A DNA stretch of 64,000 nucleotides, from NCBI GenBank assembly GCA_963706955.1, contig CAVPOC010000008.1, positions 608,001 through 672,000 of the forward strand, given 5' to 3'. Position 1 is the stretch's first letter; every line of letters begins with the position of its first letter. Made by a program: the position numbers and the translations under genes. Below the pieces are notes generated by a model. The model searched no databases, was not told the origin of the DNA, and saw nothing but the letters and a program-made list of their open reading frames with translations. This DNA is from an uncultured Verrucomicrobiae bacterium. GTDB lineage: Bacteria > Verrucomicrobiota > Verrucomicrobiia > Chthoniobacterales > Terrimicrobiaceae. This document shows, in pieces, positions 30,856-40,544 of this stretch.

Positions 30856-32155
30856 TCACCCGACGATGCCCACCGCTTCAAATTTGTCGGCGATGTGTCG
30901 AAAGTGGCGCTCTGGGGAGCAGGCCTGCGCGAGGTCCTCTTTGGTTAAATAGCGCGCCACTATCGGCTCGGCGGCGAGGTTATCCGTGAAGTTGCCATCC
31001 TGCTTTCCATGTCTTCATGGCCGCGCGCTGAACAGCTTCGTAGGCCTCTTGGCGATCCAGTCCTTTTTCGGTCAGCATGAGAAGAACGCTCTGGCTGGCA
31101 TAAAGCCCGCGGGTGATCTCCATGTTTCGCCTCATGTTCTCGGGATAGACCTGCAAGCCCTCGACGAGCCTCTGCAGAGTGACGAGCATGTAGTCCAGGA
31201 GCGTGCAGGAATCCGGCAGAATGATGCGCTCAACCGAGCTATGGCTGATATCGCGTTCGTGCCATAGGGCAACATTCTCGAGCGCTGCAGCCACATTTCC
31301 CCGGATCACCCGCGCCAACCCGCTCAAGCGTTCCCCGGTAATCGGATTGCGTTTGTGCGGCATGGCCGAGCTGCCCTTCTGGCCTGCGGCAAAATGCTCT
31401 TCAACTTCGAGCACCTCCGTCCGCTGCAGATGGCGAAACTCTGTCGCCCAACGATCAACTGAGCACGCGATCAGTCCGAGCACCGCTATGAATTCTGCAT
31501 GGCGGTCGCGCTGGATAATTTGGGTGGACAATGCTGCCGGTTTGAGACCGAGTTTCTCGCAAACCACTCGCTCGACACGCGGATCGAGGTGCGCATGCGT
31601 GCCAACCGCTCCGCTGATCTTGCCAACGCGGACGCGTTCGCGCATTTGGGTGAGACGCTGGGTGGCCCGCGAAAACTCATCGAACATCAGCGCCAGCTTC
31701 AATCCGAAGGTGATCGGCTCAGCGTGAATGCCGTGGCTGCGGCCGATCATCGGGGTAAACCTATGTTCGATGGCGCGTCGCGCGATTGCATCGCGCAAGT
31801 GATTCAGATCGTCGAGCAGGATGGCGCACGAAGCGTTCATTTGGAATGCCAGAGTCGTATCCAGCAGATCAGATGAGGTTAATCCCTGGTGGATCCAGCG
31901 CGCTTCAGGACCTACGCGGCGCGCGACATCCTCGAGAAAGGCAATAACATCGTGGTTTGTGCGCTTCTCGATCTCGTGGACACTTTCAAGGTCGAAAGCT
32001 GCCTTTTTGCGAATGACCACGGCATCTTCCTTCGGGATAGTTCCCAAGGTGGCCATCGCCTCGCAGGCCAGAACTTCGATCTCGAGCCAAATCTCCAGCT
32101 TGCGCTGTTCGCTCCAAAGCGAGCGCATTTGCGGCAAGGAATAGCGTTCGATCAC
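30856..32155 (-). CDS. purB: Adenylosuccinate lyase with a +1 frameshift near 31005 in the C-terminus
   Basis: IERYS, HDVIAF, GRSHGIHAEP, QKGSSAMPHKRNP; the alternative frame continues QDGNFTDNLAAEPIVARYL...HIADKFEAVGIVG* to 30856. Confidence 0.94.
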
Positions 32156-32207
32156 CGCGCCAGCGTAGACCTCGGGAGGCGGCAAAGGCCAATGAAATTC
32201 TCCGCGC

Positions 32208-32624
32208 CTAGGACCTCCAGGAGAACGTCACCGCCTTCTCAATCTCCGGGTGAAGGCTAAGTGCCACTGGGCAATTGAGGGCAGCCTCCTCGAGAGTGGC
32301 ACGGGAAGGGAGCGTCTCCGGCAAAGGAATTTCCAAGCTGACTTCAAGTCTTTGAATCCGCCGAGGCGGTTTTGCCGTCATGTGCTTTCGCACGATGGCG
32401 CGCGTTCCCGAGAGATCGAGATTAAGCGAACGTTTCGCGGCGACGATCGCCATCGTCGTCAACATGCATACGCCCAGAGAGGTAGCGGCCAGGTCAGTCG
32501 GACTGAAGGCTTCTCCCTTTCCCAAATTGTCCGTTGGAGCATCCGTGCAAAGCTCCGCTTGGGAGGGTTGGTGAATGGCGAAACAGTGGAGATCGCCTTC
32601 GTATCTAACGGAGATTTCGACCAT
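32208..32624 (-). CDS. OsmC family protein
   Basis: TDAPTDNLGKGEAFSPTDL, Cys in GVCMLT, and CPVALSL. Confidence 0.9.
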   Translation of the reverse strand: MVEISVRYEGDLHCFAIHQPSQAELCTDAPTDNLGKGEAFSPTDLAATSLGVCMLTTMAIVAAKRSLNLDLSGTRAIVRKHMTAKPPRRIQRLEVSLEIPLPETLPSRATLEEAALNCPVALSLHPEIEKAVTFSWRS

Positions 32625-32673
32625 GCCCGAGCCTATTCCCTCGGGCGATCTTGCAAAGTGGAATTGGTGCGGC

Positions 32674-32856
32674 TCAGGCCGCGACGCGCACGCGCTTTAA
32701 GCGTCCGTGATTCTCGAGCAGAACACGTCCACTTTCAAAGAGGTCGACCACGGCGGCAAGAGTTTCGCGACTGTCGCGGGCGCAAGAAGACACAATGCTG
32801 ATCAACTCGCCCAATGAATACTGCTTCCCGTTGATTTTACGATATGGATCTTTCAT
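32674..32856 (-). CDS. Small hypothetical protein (60 aa)
   Basis: MKDPYRK...SLGELISIV...ETLAAVVDLFESGRV; amphipathic helices; co-directional between the kinase and osmC. Confidence 0.6.
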   Translation of the reverse strand: MKDPYRKINGKQYSLGELISIVSSCARDSRETLAAVVDLFESGRVLLENHGRLKRVRVAA

Positions 32857-32967
32857 GGCTATCCGCGAATAACGATGTTGCAGGATTAGACCCAGAAAGC
32901 CGTTGTTTTGTTCAATTCTCAGCGAAGATATTGCGGGACTAACCGGGCGCCGCCGGCCCCTCTCCAA

Positions 32968-35900
32968 CTATTGGACGTGGCTGTATTGGCCGGCCTCCAG
33001 ACGACGCCAGAAGTCACTGGTTGGCTGATCGAGAGGATCCTGCGGTGATCGCAAAATTTTGAGCGTGCGATGAAAGCGCAGCGCATTCAGCGAGCTTTTA
33101 TCGGTAATGAGCATCGGACTCAGGGTCAACGATTCTAGAGGGAGCTTGAGCAAGGTTCGGAGGTTGATCGGATTGAGGCCGGCGAGATCGAGATATTGCA
33201 GCCGACGGCAAGCTCCAAGCGGCGCAAGGTCGGTGACCTGAGTGAACGAGAGATCGAGCTTGTCCAGGAGCGGCATTCCCCAGGCAAAATCTGCGTTCGC
33301 CACTTCCGAGAATGCCAGCGTGAGAGAACGCACGCGGAGGAAGCCTCGCGGATTTTGAGGAAGACGTTCCATCGGAGATTTCGAGAAATCCAGAGAATCC
33401 AGAGGCAGTGAAAAGATCGTCTGCCAATCGATACTCCTCGCTCCGATGACGGCGAGTCCCGAGACATCGATGTTGCGCAACGGGCTCAAGTCGTTCACCT
33501 CTTCGGCGCCCCAGATCAGCACATCGATGCGACCAAGGCGGTCGGTATCAATAAAGACCTGCAGACCGGCTGCATTGCGGCGAATCAAGTCCAGCGCGAC
33601 TTCGTTAGCTGTGAATCTTTGCCGAATCGGACCCGGAGCCTTGTTGGATGCGTGGCGCACGCTCGGCTTGCGATTGAACAATTCAAGAATGCTTCCAGCG
33701 GTTAGATTTTGGGCGACAGAAGACGCCAGCAGAACTTCGGCCCCCCTCAGGTATTTCTCCGAGCCGGCGTTGGCCATGGCCGTCGCCAACTCAAGCGCTT
33801 CGACCGGGCCCTCGATTTCGCTGGGAGTTTGATCGAGATTGACGGCCTGCCGAAAGCTGTCGACCGCCCGCTCAAACTCCATCAGCGCCCAATGCAATCT
33901 CCCCTTCAACATCCAGGCGGCGGACAGGTCGGGCTGGACGACCAATGCACGAGAAACACTGTTTAGCGCATCGGTCAAGCGATCGACAATCCGATCCGGC
34001 GTTCTTTCGAGGTTCCGGAGTTCTTCGGGAGAGAGTTCGGCGTCATAAATCCGAAGGGCTTCACTCAGAGCGCGCTCCGCCTCGGGTGCGGGCTCGGGCG
34101 CTGATTCACTGGAAACGGGTGCGACTGGGAGAGTCGACGTGCTCTCCGCCATCTGGATGTCGGCGATCTGTTGCTCGAGCTCTTCCGCGCGTCGCGCGGC
34201 GGCGCGCTCGACATTTTCGCGCCGCTCCAGCTCGGCTTGCGTTTCCACTAGCGCTTTCTCGCTTTGCGCCTGCGCATCTCTGGCCGCGCTTTGCGCTCGC
34301 TGCATTTCAGCCAAAGCCTGCTCGGCACGCGTCTGCTGCGATCTTGCCTCATCGGCTGCGATCTTCGCTTCCTCTTCCTTTCGATTGGCCGATTCCACCC
34401 GTTGCTCGGCCAGAAGGTATTGATCGTGGGCAGCCTTGAGCCGCGCGTTAAGAAAGTAGATGGAGACCAAGGCGCCCGCGACAATCACGAAAACGGATGC
34501 GCCGATCACTCCGGAGACGAGCTTGTTTCGCACGACAAGCTTTTTCAGCAAATCCACTGGAGAAACCGGCTTGGCGCTGATGAGTTCGCCTCGCCGATAG
34601 TGATCGATGTCCGCGCGCAAAGCAGCGACGCTGCGATAGCGCTCGGCGGGATCATTCCGCAGCGCCATTAAGGTGATGATCTCGAGATCGGGGTGAATCT
34701 GCGGGTTGAAATTGCGAAGCCGCGCGGGTTCGTGCGTCTTCAAGGCTTGCCCGTCATTGACGATATTTCCAGTAGCCTCGAAATGACGGCGTCCCGAGAG
34801 CATCTGATAAAGGATGGTGCCGATGCTGTAGACGTCAGCTCGCTCATCGACATCCTTGCTCGATTCAGCCTGCTCCGGCGCCATGTTTTCGAGTGTGCCG
34901 ACAACATGGCCGGTTAGTGAGAGCGACCGAGAACCCTCACTGCTTTTTAGCTTGGCAAGACCAAAATCAGCCACGAGCGGTTCCCCATCTTCGCGGAGCA
35001 GAATATTCCCCGGCTTTAGATCCCTGTGAAGAACGCCGTGTTCATGAGCAAACTGGACGGCGTCGCACACCTTCAAGACTAGGCTGAGCGTTTGCTCAAT
35101 CGGCAGGATCCGCGTTTCTTTTGGCCGCGGAGGTGGATCCGCTCCGTCAGGATTTGGATCGGACGCTGATCGTGCCGAGCGCACTGATCGGATAAGCTCT
35201 CGCAGGTCGCTCTCTCCGTTAGTGCCACTTGAAGGTTCACCGGGAGTCTTCTCATAGAGCAGGTCAGAAAGCGGAACACCGTCGACGAATTCCATCGCGA
35301 TGTACTGAATGCCATCGAATTCATTCAGTTCGTAGACACGGCAGATGTTGCGATGCGGCAGCCGCGCCATGATCTCCGCCTCACGTCGAAAACGCCTCAG
35401 CTGCCCTTCGGTGACTGTTTGACTGGAGTTGAGGATCTTGATGGCCAGGATGTTCCCGAAGCGATCATTCCCACGCCAGACGGTTCCCATCCCTCCTGTG
35501 CCAATTACCTCGATAAGCTTGTATTTACCAAGCGCCTGAGTCGCTTGAGTAGTAACGACATTGTCTTCACTTAGTTCGAAGGAATCGCTCACCAAAGCCG
35601 GCCGAACCACCCGAAGAACGGGCGTCGGCTGATCCCTCCCCGGAACACGGAACGACCAGAGGTAATCAAAGTACAATTCGGTGCGATCGGGGTCCTCCTG
35701 AACACCACGGCCCACCAGGTAGACAACTTTCCGGAGGTGTTCAGGGACCGGACTGATCTCCGTTTCCGACCAGTCGATGTCACTGGAATCAGGCTCGTGC
35801 TCGCTTTCGGCACGGATGTGCTGCCATCCTTCCGGAAGAGTTCGGAGCATGTGCGTCAAGGTATGCTCGGGAAGGAGTGCTTCTCCCGGGCGCGCCAGAT

Positions 35901-36708
35901 CACACAAGCGGGCGGCGAGATCGAGCGGAGCCCCGATTGCGGTGTAACGCTGCCAGATGGAAGTGCCAAATACACCCACGAGCGCATCGCCCGTCCAAAT
36001 TCCGCAGGAACAAGGCGGCAATTCCTTGCCTTCGCGATACAGCCTCGCGTGAAGCTGAGAAGCTCTATGAATCTGCTCGCAAGCAGCCAAAACTGCCCGC
36101 AAGGGATGATCGGAGTAATAGCGCGGCGCTCCGCTGATTCCAAGAACGGTATCGCGCGCCGTTTCGCCGACGGTGCCGCCAGCGTTGCGCACGGATTCAG
36201 ATGCCTCCTCAACGAATGAATCAATGATCAGCTTCATCTCCATCGGATCGAGGCGGAGAGCGAGCTGCGGCAGTCCGCGAAGTCGCGTGTAGGTGATGCT
36301 AAGATATCTTCGCTCCGGATGGCGAACTGTTCGCAGTTCCTCCTCGCTGAGCAGTTCCAGCGGTGTTCCGCTCGATTCGCGCAATTCGCTCGTGGCGAGG
36401 CCGACGGTTCCAATCTCATCCAAAATGATGTCGAGCGTTCCGCCGCTGGCATATACCTGGGCTTCGAAGATTCTTCCGTCTGCATCCGTGACCAGACGGT
36501 TGCTGGTGCGACCGGATGGGGGACGTGCGAAGCACTCAGGAATCTCGCCACCGCAAAGCCGCGAAACCTCCTCTAGAGATGAGCCCATCAGGTTGCGTTT
36601 CGGCGTCCTCAGATAAGCCGCCAGAGCATCGTTCGCGTAGATGATGACGTCGTCGATCGAAACTCGTGCGATCATCGTGCGCAGCGGAGCGCTCTGAACG
36701 GCTGACAT
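32968..36708 (-). CDS. Multidomain Hanks-type Ser/Thr kinase: PAS-like, class III cyclase-like, kinase, TM, coiled coil, TPR, LRR
   Basis: GTGGMGTV, LAIK, HRDLKPGN, DFG, MAPE; cyclase-like GGTV..D and YTAIG..LAARL; TM LVSGVIGASVFVIVAGALVSIYFL; LDLSFTQVTDLAPL-type LRRs. Confidence 0.9.
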   Translation of the reverse strand: MSAVQSAPLRTMIARVSIDDVIIYANDALAAYLRTPKRNLMGSSLEEVSRLCGGEIPECFARPPSGRTSNRLVTDADGRIFEAQVYASGGTLDIILDEIGTVGLATSELRESSGTPLELLSEEELRTVRHPERRYLSITYTRLRGLPQLALRLDPMEMKLIIDSFVEEASESVRNAGGTVGETARDTVLGISGAPRYYSDHPLRAVLAACEQIHRASQLHARLYREGKELPPCSCGIWTGDALVGVFGTSIWQRYTAIGAPLDLAARLCDLARPGEALLPEHTLTHMLRTLPEGWQHIRAESEHEPDSSDIDWSETEISPVPEHLRKVVYLVGRGVQEDPDRTELYFDYLWSFRVPGRDQPTPVLRVVRPALVSDSFELSEDNVVTTQATQALGKYKLIEVIGTGGMGTVWRGNDRFGNILAIKILNSSQTVTEGQLRRFRREAEIMARLPHRNICRVYELNEFDGIQYIAMEFVDGVPLSDLLYEKTPGEPSSGTNGESDLRELIRSVRSARSASDPNPDGADPPPRPKETRILPIEQTLSLVLKVCDAVQFAHEHGVLHRDLKPGNILLREDGEPLVADFGLAKLKSSEGSRSLSLTGHVVGTLENMAPEQAESSKDVDERADVYSIGTILYQMLSGRRHFEATGNIVNDGQALKTHEPARLRNFNPQIHPDLEIITLMALRNDPAERYRSVAALRADIDHYRRGELISAKPVSPVDLLKKLVVRNKLVSGVIGASVFVIVAGALVSIYFLNARLKAAHDQYLLAEQRVESANRKEEEAKIAADEARSQQTRAEQALAEMQRAQSAARDAQAQSEKALVETQAELERRENVERAAARRAEELEQQIADIQMAESTSTLPVAPVSSESAPEPAPEAERALSEALRIYDAELSPEELRNLERTPDRIVDRLTDALNSVSRALVVQPDLSAAWMLKGRLHWALMEFERAVDSFRQAVNLDQTPSEIEGPVEALELATAMANAGSEKYLRGAEVLLASSVAQNLTAGSILELFNRKPSVRHASNKAPGPIRQRFTANEVALDLIRRNAAGLQVFIDTDRLGRIDVLIWGAEEVNDLSPLRNIDVSGLAVIGARSIDWQTIFSLPLDSLDFSKSPMERLPQNPRGFLRVRSLTLAFSEVANADFAWGMPLLDKLDLSFTQVTDLAPLGACRRLQYLDLAGLNPINLRTLLKLPLESLTLSPMLITDKSSLNALRFHRTLKILRSPQDPLDQPTSDFWRRLEAGQYSHVQ

Positions 36709-36791
36709 GGGAAAATATCTTGTAACGGCTTTCCCTGGGCTCGCGCAATCCCGTTGAAAATCATACAGGCTTGGAGTAGCAACGAAAGCTC

Positions 36792-38576
36792 GTGTTCATC
36801 TACGCCCGAGCACTTCGTTATTTTCGCCCTTATCTTTGGCCGACGCTTGGAGGCGTGGTTCTCACTTTCGTAGCGATCATTGTCAATTCGCTCAAGCCGT
36901 GGCCCTTCAAGTATATCGTTGATGGAGTGTTGCCATCCGATGCCACGCACGGCACCGAAGAGGCGCGTGCATTCATCAGACATTGGTTCGGCTCTGCTCC
37001 GCTGGAACAGGTCGCCTTTTGGCTCTGCCTTATTCTCGTGATCGTGACCGTGCTCGGCGGCCTGATCACCCTCGTCAGCAATTATCTTTTCATCAGGGTG
37101 GGTCTAAACGCCTTGCTCCGCCTGCGAACGGATCTCTACGCGTGCCTGCAATCTCTACCTCTCAAGTACCACGACTCCCGCCGCAGCTCGGACTCCAGTT
37201 TTCGTGTGGCATACGATTCGCAGAGCATTCAAACGATCTACAATCGAGGTTTTGCCACCATCCTGAGCTCGTTCGTCATGTTAATCTGGACCTTTGCGAT
37301 CATGGTGTGGATGAACTGGCCGTTGGCCTTGACTTCGTTGGCGGTTCTTCCATTTGTGACCTTTGCGATCGGCTACTTTGCGGACCGGGTTCGTCGGCAG
37401 TCTACCACCATCCAGGAACGCGAAAGCGACCTGCTTGCGCTGACCCAGGAAGGCATCAGTCAGATTCGCATGGTGCATGCATTTGCCCGCGAATCCTTTG
37501 AGCTCCGGCAGTTTCGCAAGCGAGCCGCGCGAAGTCTGGAAGCTGGGCTGCGCTTTAATATCACCTCGATCGTGAGCTCGCTCGTGGTTGGCTCCCTGAT
37601 GGCAACGGGCACCGCTCTCATGTACTACGTGGGAGCACGTCAAGTCCTCGCCGGCGCTCTCACCCTTGGAGACTTGACCGTTTTTGCCGCTTACCTTCTC
37701 ATGCTCTATCAGCCGATGGAGCAACTCAGCTACACGGCGTGGGCAATGGAAGGTGCCGCTGCCGGTGCGGCGCGCTGCTTCGAGGTGCTCGACCGGGAGG
37801 ATGACGTTCCAGATGCTCCCCATGCCAAGCCGATTGAAAAGGTTCGTAGCGAGATTTCCTTCCGCGATGTGAGCTTTGGCTACTCGCACGATCGCCTCAT
37901 CTTAAGAGACATCAACTTATCGATCGCCGCCGGGGAAAGCGTTGCCTTCGTTGGCGGAACTGGCGCCGGGAAGAGCACGTTGCTGAGCCTGGTCCCGCGC
38001 TTTTATGACCCTACCTCCGGCGCGGTCCTCATCGATGGCCGCAACTTGCGTGACCTGACGAAAAAGTCGGTTCGCTTGCAGATTGGAATGGTCTTGCAGG
38101 ATACGATCCTCTTCTCAACGACCATCAAGGAAAACATAGCTTACGGCCGGCCCGGGGCGACCGACGAACAGATCATCGAGGCTGCCCAGCGAGCTCAAGC
38201 CTACGATTTTATCATGAACATGCCCCATGGGTTCGCCAGTGCGGTGGGCGAAAGAGGGGGCCATCTGAGCGTGGGTCAACGACAGCGCATCGGGATCGCC
38301 CGAGCTTTTCTCAAGAATGCCCCTATCCTTCTGCTGGATGAACCGACCAGTGCTCTCGATCCTAGTACCGAACACGCGATTATGGAGACCATTGGCGAGC
38401 TCATGCGAGGGCGCACGACTCTCATTATCACCCATCGCCTCGCCACGGTCCATTTACTCGGGCGGATCGTAGTCCTGGAAAATGGAACCGTTGCTGAACA
38501 GGGAACTGGTCCCGAACTCCTCCAAAGGGCAGGTCCCTATGCGCGCCTCTATCAAGCGGCGCAATATTCACGTTAA
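36792..38576 (+). CDS. ABC exporter, fused TMD-NBD (MsbA-like)
   Basis: GGTGAGKST, LSVGQRQR, LLDEPTSALD; N-terminal TM helices. Confidence 0.92.
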   Translation: MFIYARALRYFRPYLWPTLGGVVLTFVAIIVNSLKPWPFKYIVDGVLPSDATHGTEEARAFIRHWFGSAPLEQVAFWLCLILVIVTVLGGLITLVSNYLFIRVGLNALLRLRTDLYACLQSLPLKYHDSRRSSDSSFRVAYDSQSIQTIYNRGFATILSSFVMLIWTFAIMVWMNWPLALTSLAVLPFVTFAIGYFADRVRRQSTTIQERESDLLALTQEGISQIRMVHAFARESFELRQFRKRAARSLEAGLRFNITSIVSSLVVGSLMATGTALMYYVGARQVLAGALTLGDLTVFAAYLLMLYQPMEQLSYTAWAMEGAAAGAARCFEVLDREDDVPDAPHAKPIEKVRSEISFRDVSFGYSHDRLILRDINLSIAAGESVAFVGGTGAGKSTLLSLVPRFYDPTSGAVLIDGRNLRDLTKKSVRLQIGMVLQDTILFSTTIKENIAYGRPGATDEQIIEAAQRAQAYDFIMNMPHGFASAVGERGGHLSVGQRQRIGIARAFLKNAPILLLDEPTSALDPSTEHAIMETIGELMRGRTTLIITHRLATVHLLGRIVVLENGTVAEQGTGPELLQRAGPYARLYQAAQYSR

Positions 38577-38608
38577 CGGCACGCTCGCTTGGTTAACGGC
38601 ATGGGCTG

Positions 38609-38983
38609 TCAGTCCAACCCCCGATCTTCAAGGTCCTGCTCGTCCCAGCCAAGAACGTGGCCGATTTCGTGAAGCAAAGTGGTTCGCACTTCCGCTCGAA
38701 AGCTGGCGAGGTCACCTTCAGCGATCTCCCAAAGGTTTTCCAGCCAGAGGCGAATGCGAGGGGCCGGAGAGGCTGCGGCGCCGGCCCCCTCCTCAAAGAT
38801 CCCCAAGGTATCAGCCTCAACGCCGGCGGCAATGTCGTCGGCGTCAGGTCGCCGTTCCAGAAAAACTGGAACTCTCTCTAGGATCGCGCGAACATCGCTT
38901 GGAAGTTCCCAGATGGCTGCGTCAACCTCGACTCGCGCCATCTTCAAGAGCGTCGAGTGATTCATCTCCTTCGGCGTTGGCAT
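38609..38983 (-). CDS. Minimal zincin-like metallopeptidase (DUF1025-like)
   Basis: TTLLHEIGHVLGWDEQDLEDRGL; start uncertain (38983 or 38965). Confidence 0.85.
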   Translation of the reverse strand: MPTPKEMNHSTLLKMARVEVDAAIWELPSDVRAILERVPVFLERRPDADDIAAGVEADTLGIFEEGAGAAASPAPRIRLWLENLWEIAEGDLASFRAEVRTTLLHEIGHVLGWDEQDLEDRGLD

Positions 38984-39011
38984 AAGTCTGGCCTTCGGGT
39001 ATTGATAACCA

Positions 39012-40544
39012 ATGCCAGACACAACTGAAGTCAATCCTCTACGTGAGGGTTTAACCAGCCGCATCATGCCAGATCCCTGTGCCGTGGTGATCTTCGGAGC
39101 AACTGGTGACCTGACTCATCGCAAGCTCGTTCCGGCGCTCTATAATCTCGCAGCCGATGGAGCGCTTCCGCCGACGGTCAGTGTCGTCGGATTCGCTCGC
39201 CGCGATAAGACCGATGAGGTCTTTCGTCGGGAGCTTGAGGAGGCTGCCCGGAAGTTCTCCCGCCAGAAGATCAGCGATGATTTGTGGGCCGTTTTCGCCT
39301 CTTCAATCTTTTACCACCGAAGCGAGTTCGACTCCCTGGAAGGGTATCAATCCCTTGCCAAACGTCTCGACGAATTGGATGGGCAACGGGGAACTCGTGG
39401 AAACCGCCTTTATTATCTCTCTGCCGGACCGGACCAATTTCCGATTATCCTGGAAAATTTGCGTGAGAGCGGACTCAACAAGGCGCGGCAGGGAAGTTGG
39501 ACGCGCGCGATCGTCGAGAAGCCCTTCGGGACCGATCTGCCCAGCGCTCAGCGGCTTAACGAATTGGTTAAAGAAGCCTTTTCGGAAAAAGACACCTTTC
39601 GGATCGATCACTACCTCGGCAAGGAGACCGCGCAGAACATTATGGTTATGCGCTTCGCGAACGCCATCTTCGAGCAGCTTTGGAATGCCCGTTATATCGA
39701 CCACGTGCAGATTACTGCGAGTGAAGGCCTTGGTGTCGAAGGTCGAGCCGGCTATTATGATAAATCGGGAGCCATCCGCGACATGGTCCAAAACCACTTG
39801 CTGCAGCTCCTTTGTCTTACGGCTATGGAGCCGCCCGCCGGGCTCGATGCGGATGCCGTCCGCGACGAGAAGGTCAAGGTGCTGAAGACGCTCCGACCGA
39901 TTCGCGGGCAGGATGTCCGCCAACATGTCGTGCGCGCTCAGTATGGCGCTGGCACTGTGAACGGCAAGCGGGTGCCCGCTTACCGCGACGAACAAAATAT
40001 CAAAATGGATTCCACGACCGAGACGTATGTGGCTCTCCACATCAATGTCGACAATTGGCGATGGGCCGGGGTGCCGTTCTTCGTGCGAGTCGGAAAGCGC
40101 TTGCCCAAGGCCAGCACGGAGATAGCCATCCAATTCAAGTCGGCTCCGGCGGTCCTCTTCAACGTCGATGGCCAGACCATTGATCCCAATGCCCTCGTCA
40201 TCCGCATTCAGCCCGACGAAGGTGTCGCCCTGCGCATGAGCTCCAAGATGCCCGGCTCGAGTCTCCGGATTGAACCGGTCAAGATGGATTTCCACTACGG
40301 GACGAGCTTCGGAAAGGCCACTCCCGAGGCTTACGAGCGGCTCCTGCTCGATGCGATGAGCGGCGATGCGACCCTCTTCGCCCGACGCGACGAGGTCGAG
40401 GAGGCTTGGAAGTTCGTGGACGCTATCAGAGCCGAATGGGAAAAGAACGGCGACGACCTTGCGCTCTACGCATCCGGCACCTGGGGCCCCACCGAAGCCG
40501 ACGACCTTATCAAGCGCTTCGGCGCAACCTGGAGGCGCCTGTGA
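39012..40544 (+). CDS. zwf: Glucose-6-phosphate 1-dehydrogenase
   Basis: FGATGDL, EKPFG, RIDHYLGKE, DMVQNHLLQ, AYERLL. Confidence 0.97.
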   Translation: MPDTTEVNPLREGLTSRIMPDPCAVVIFGATGDLTHRKLVPALYNLAADGALPPTVSVVGFARRDKTDEVFRRELEEAARKFSRQKISDDLWAVFASSIFYHRSEFDSLEGYQSLAKRLDELDGQRGTRGNRLYYLSAGPDQFPIILENLRESGLNKARQGSWTRAIVEKPFGTDLPSAQRLNELVKEAFSEKDTFRIDHYLGKETAQNIMVMRFANAIFEQLWNARYIDHVQITASEGLGVEGRAGYYDKSGAIRDMVQNHLLQLLCLTAMEPPAGLDADAVRDEKVKVLKTLRPIRGQDVRQHVVRAQYGAGTVNGKRVPAYRDEQNIKMDSTTETYVALHINVDNWRWAGVPFFVRVGKRLPKASTEIAIQFKSAPAVLFNVDGQTIDPNALVIRIQPDEGVALRMSSKMPGSSLRIEPVKMDFHYGTSFGKATPEAYERLLLDAMSGDATLFARRDEVEEAWKFVDAIRAEWEKNGDDLALYASGTWGPTEADDLIKRFGATWRRL

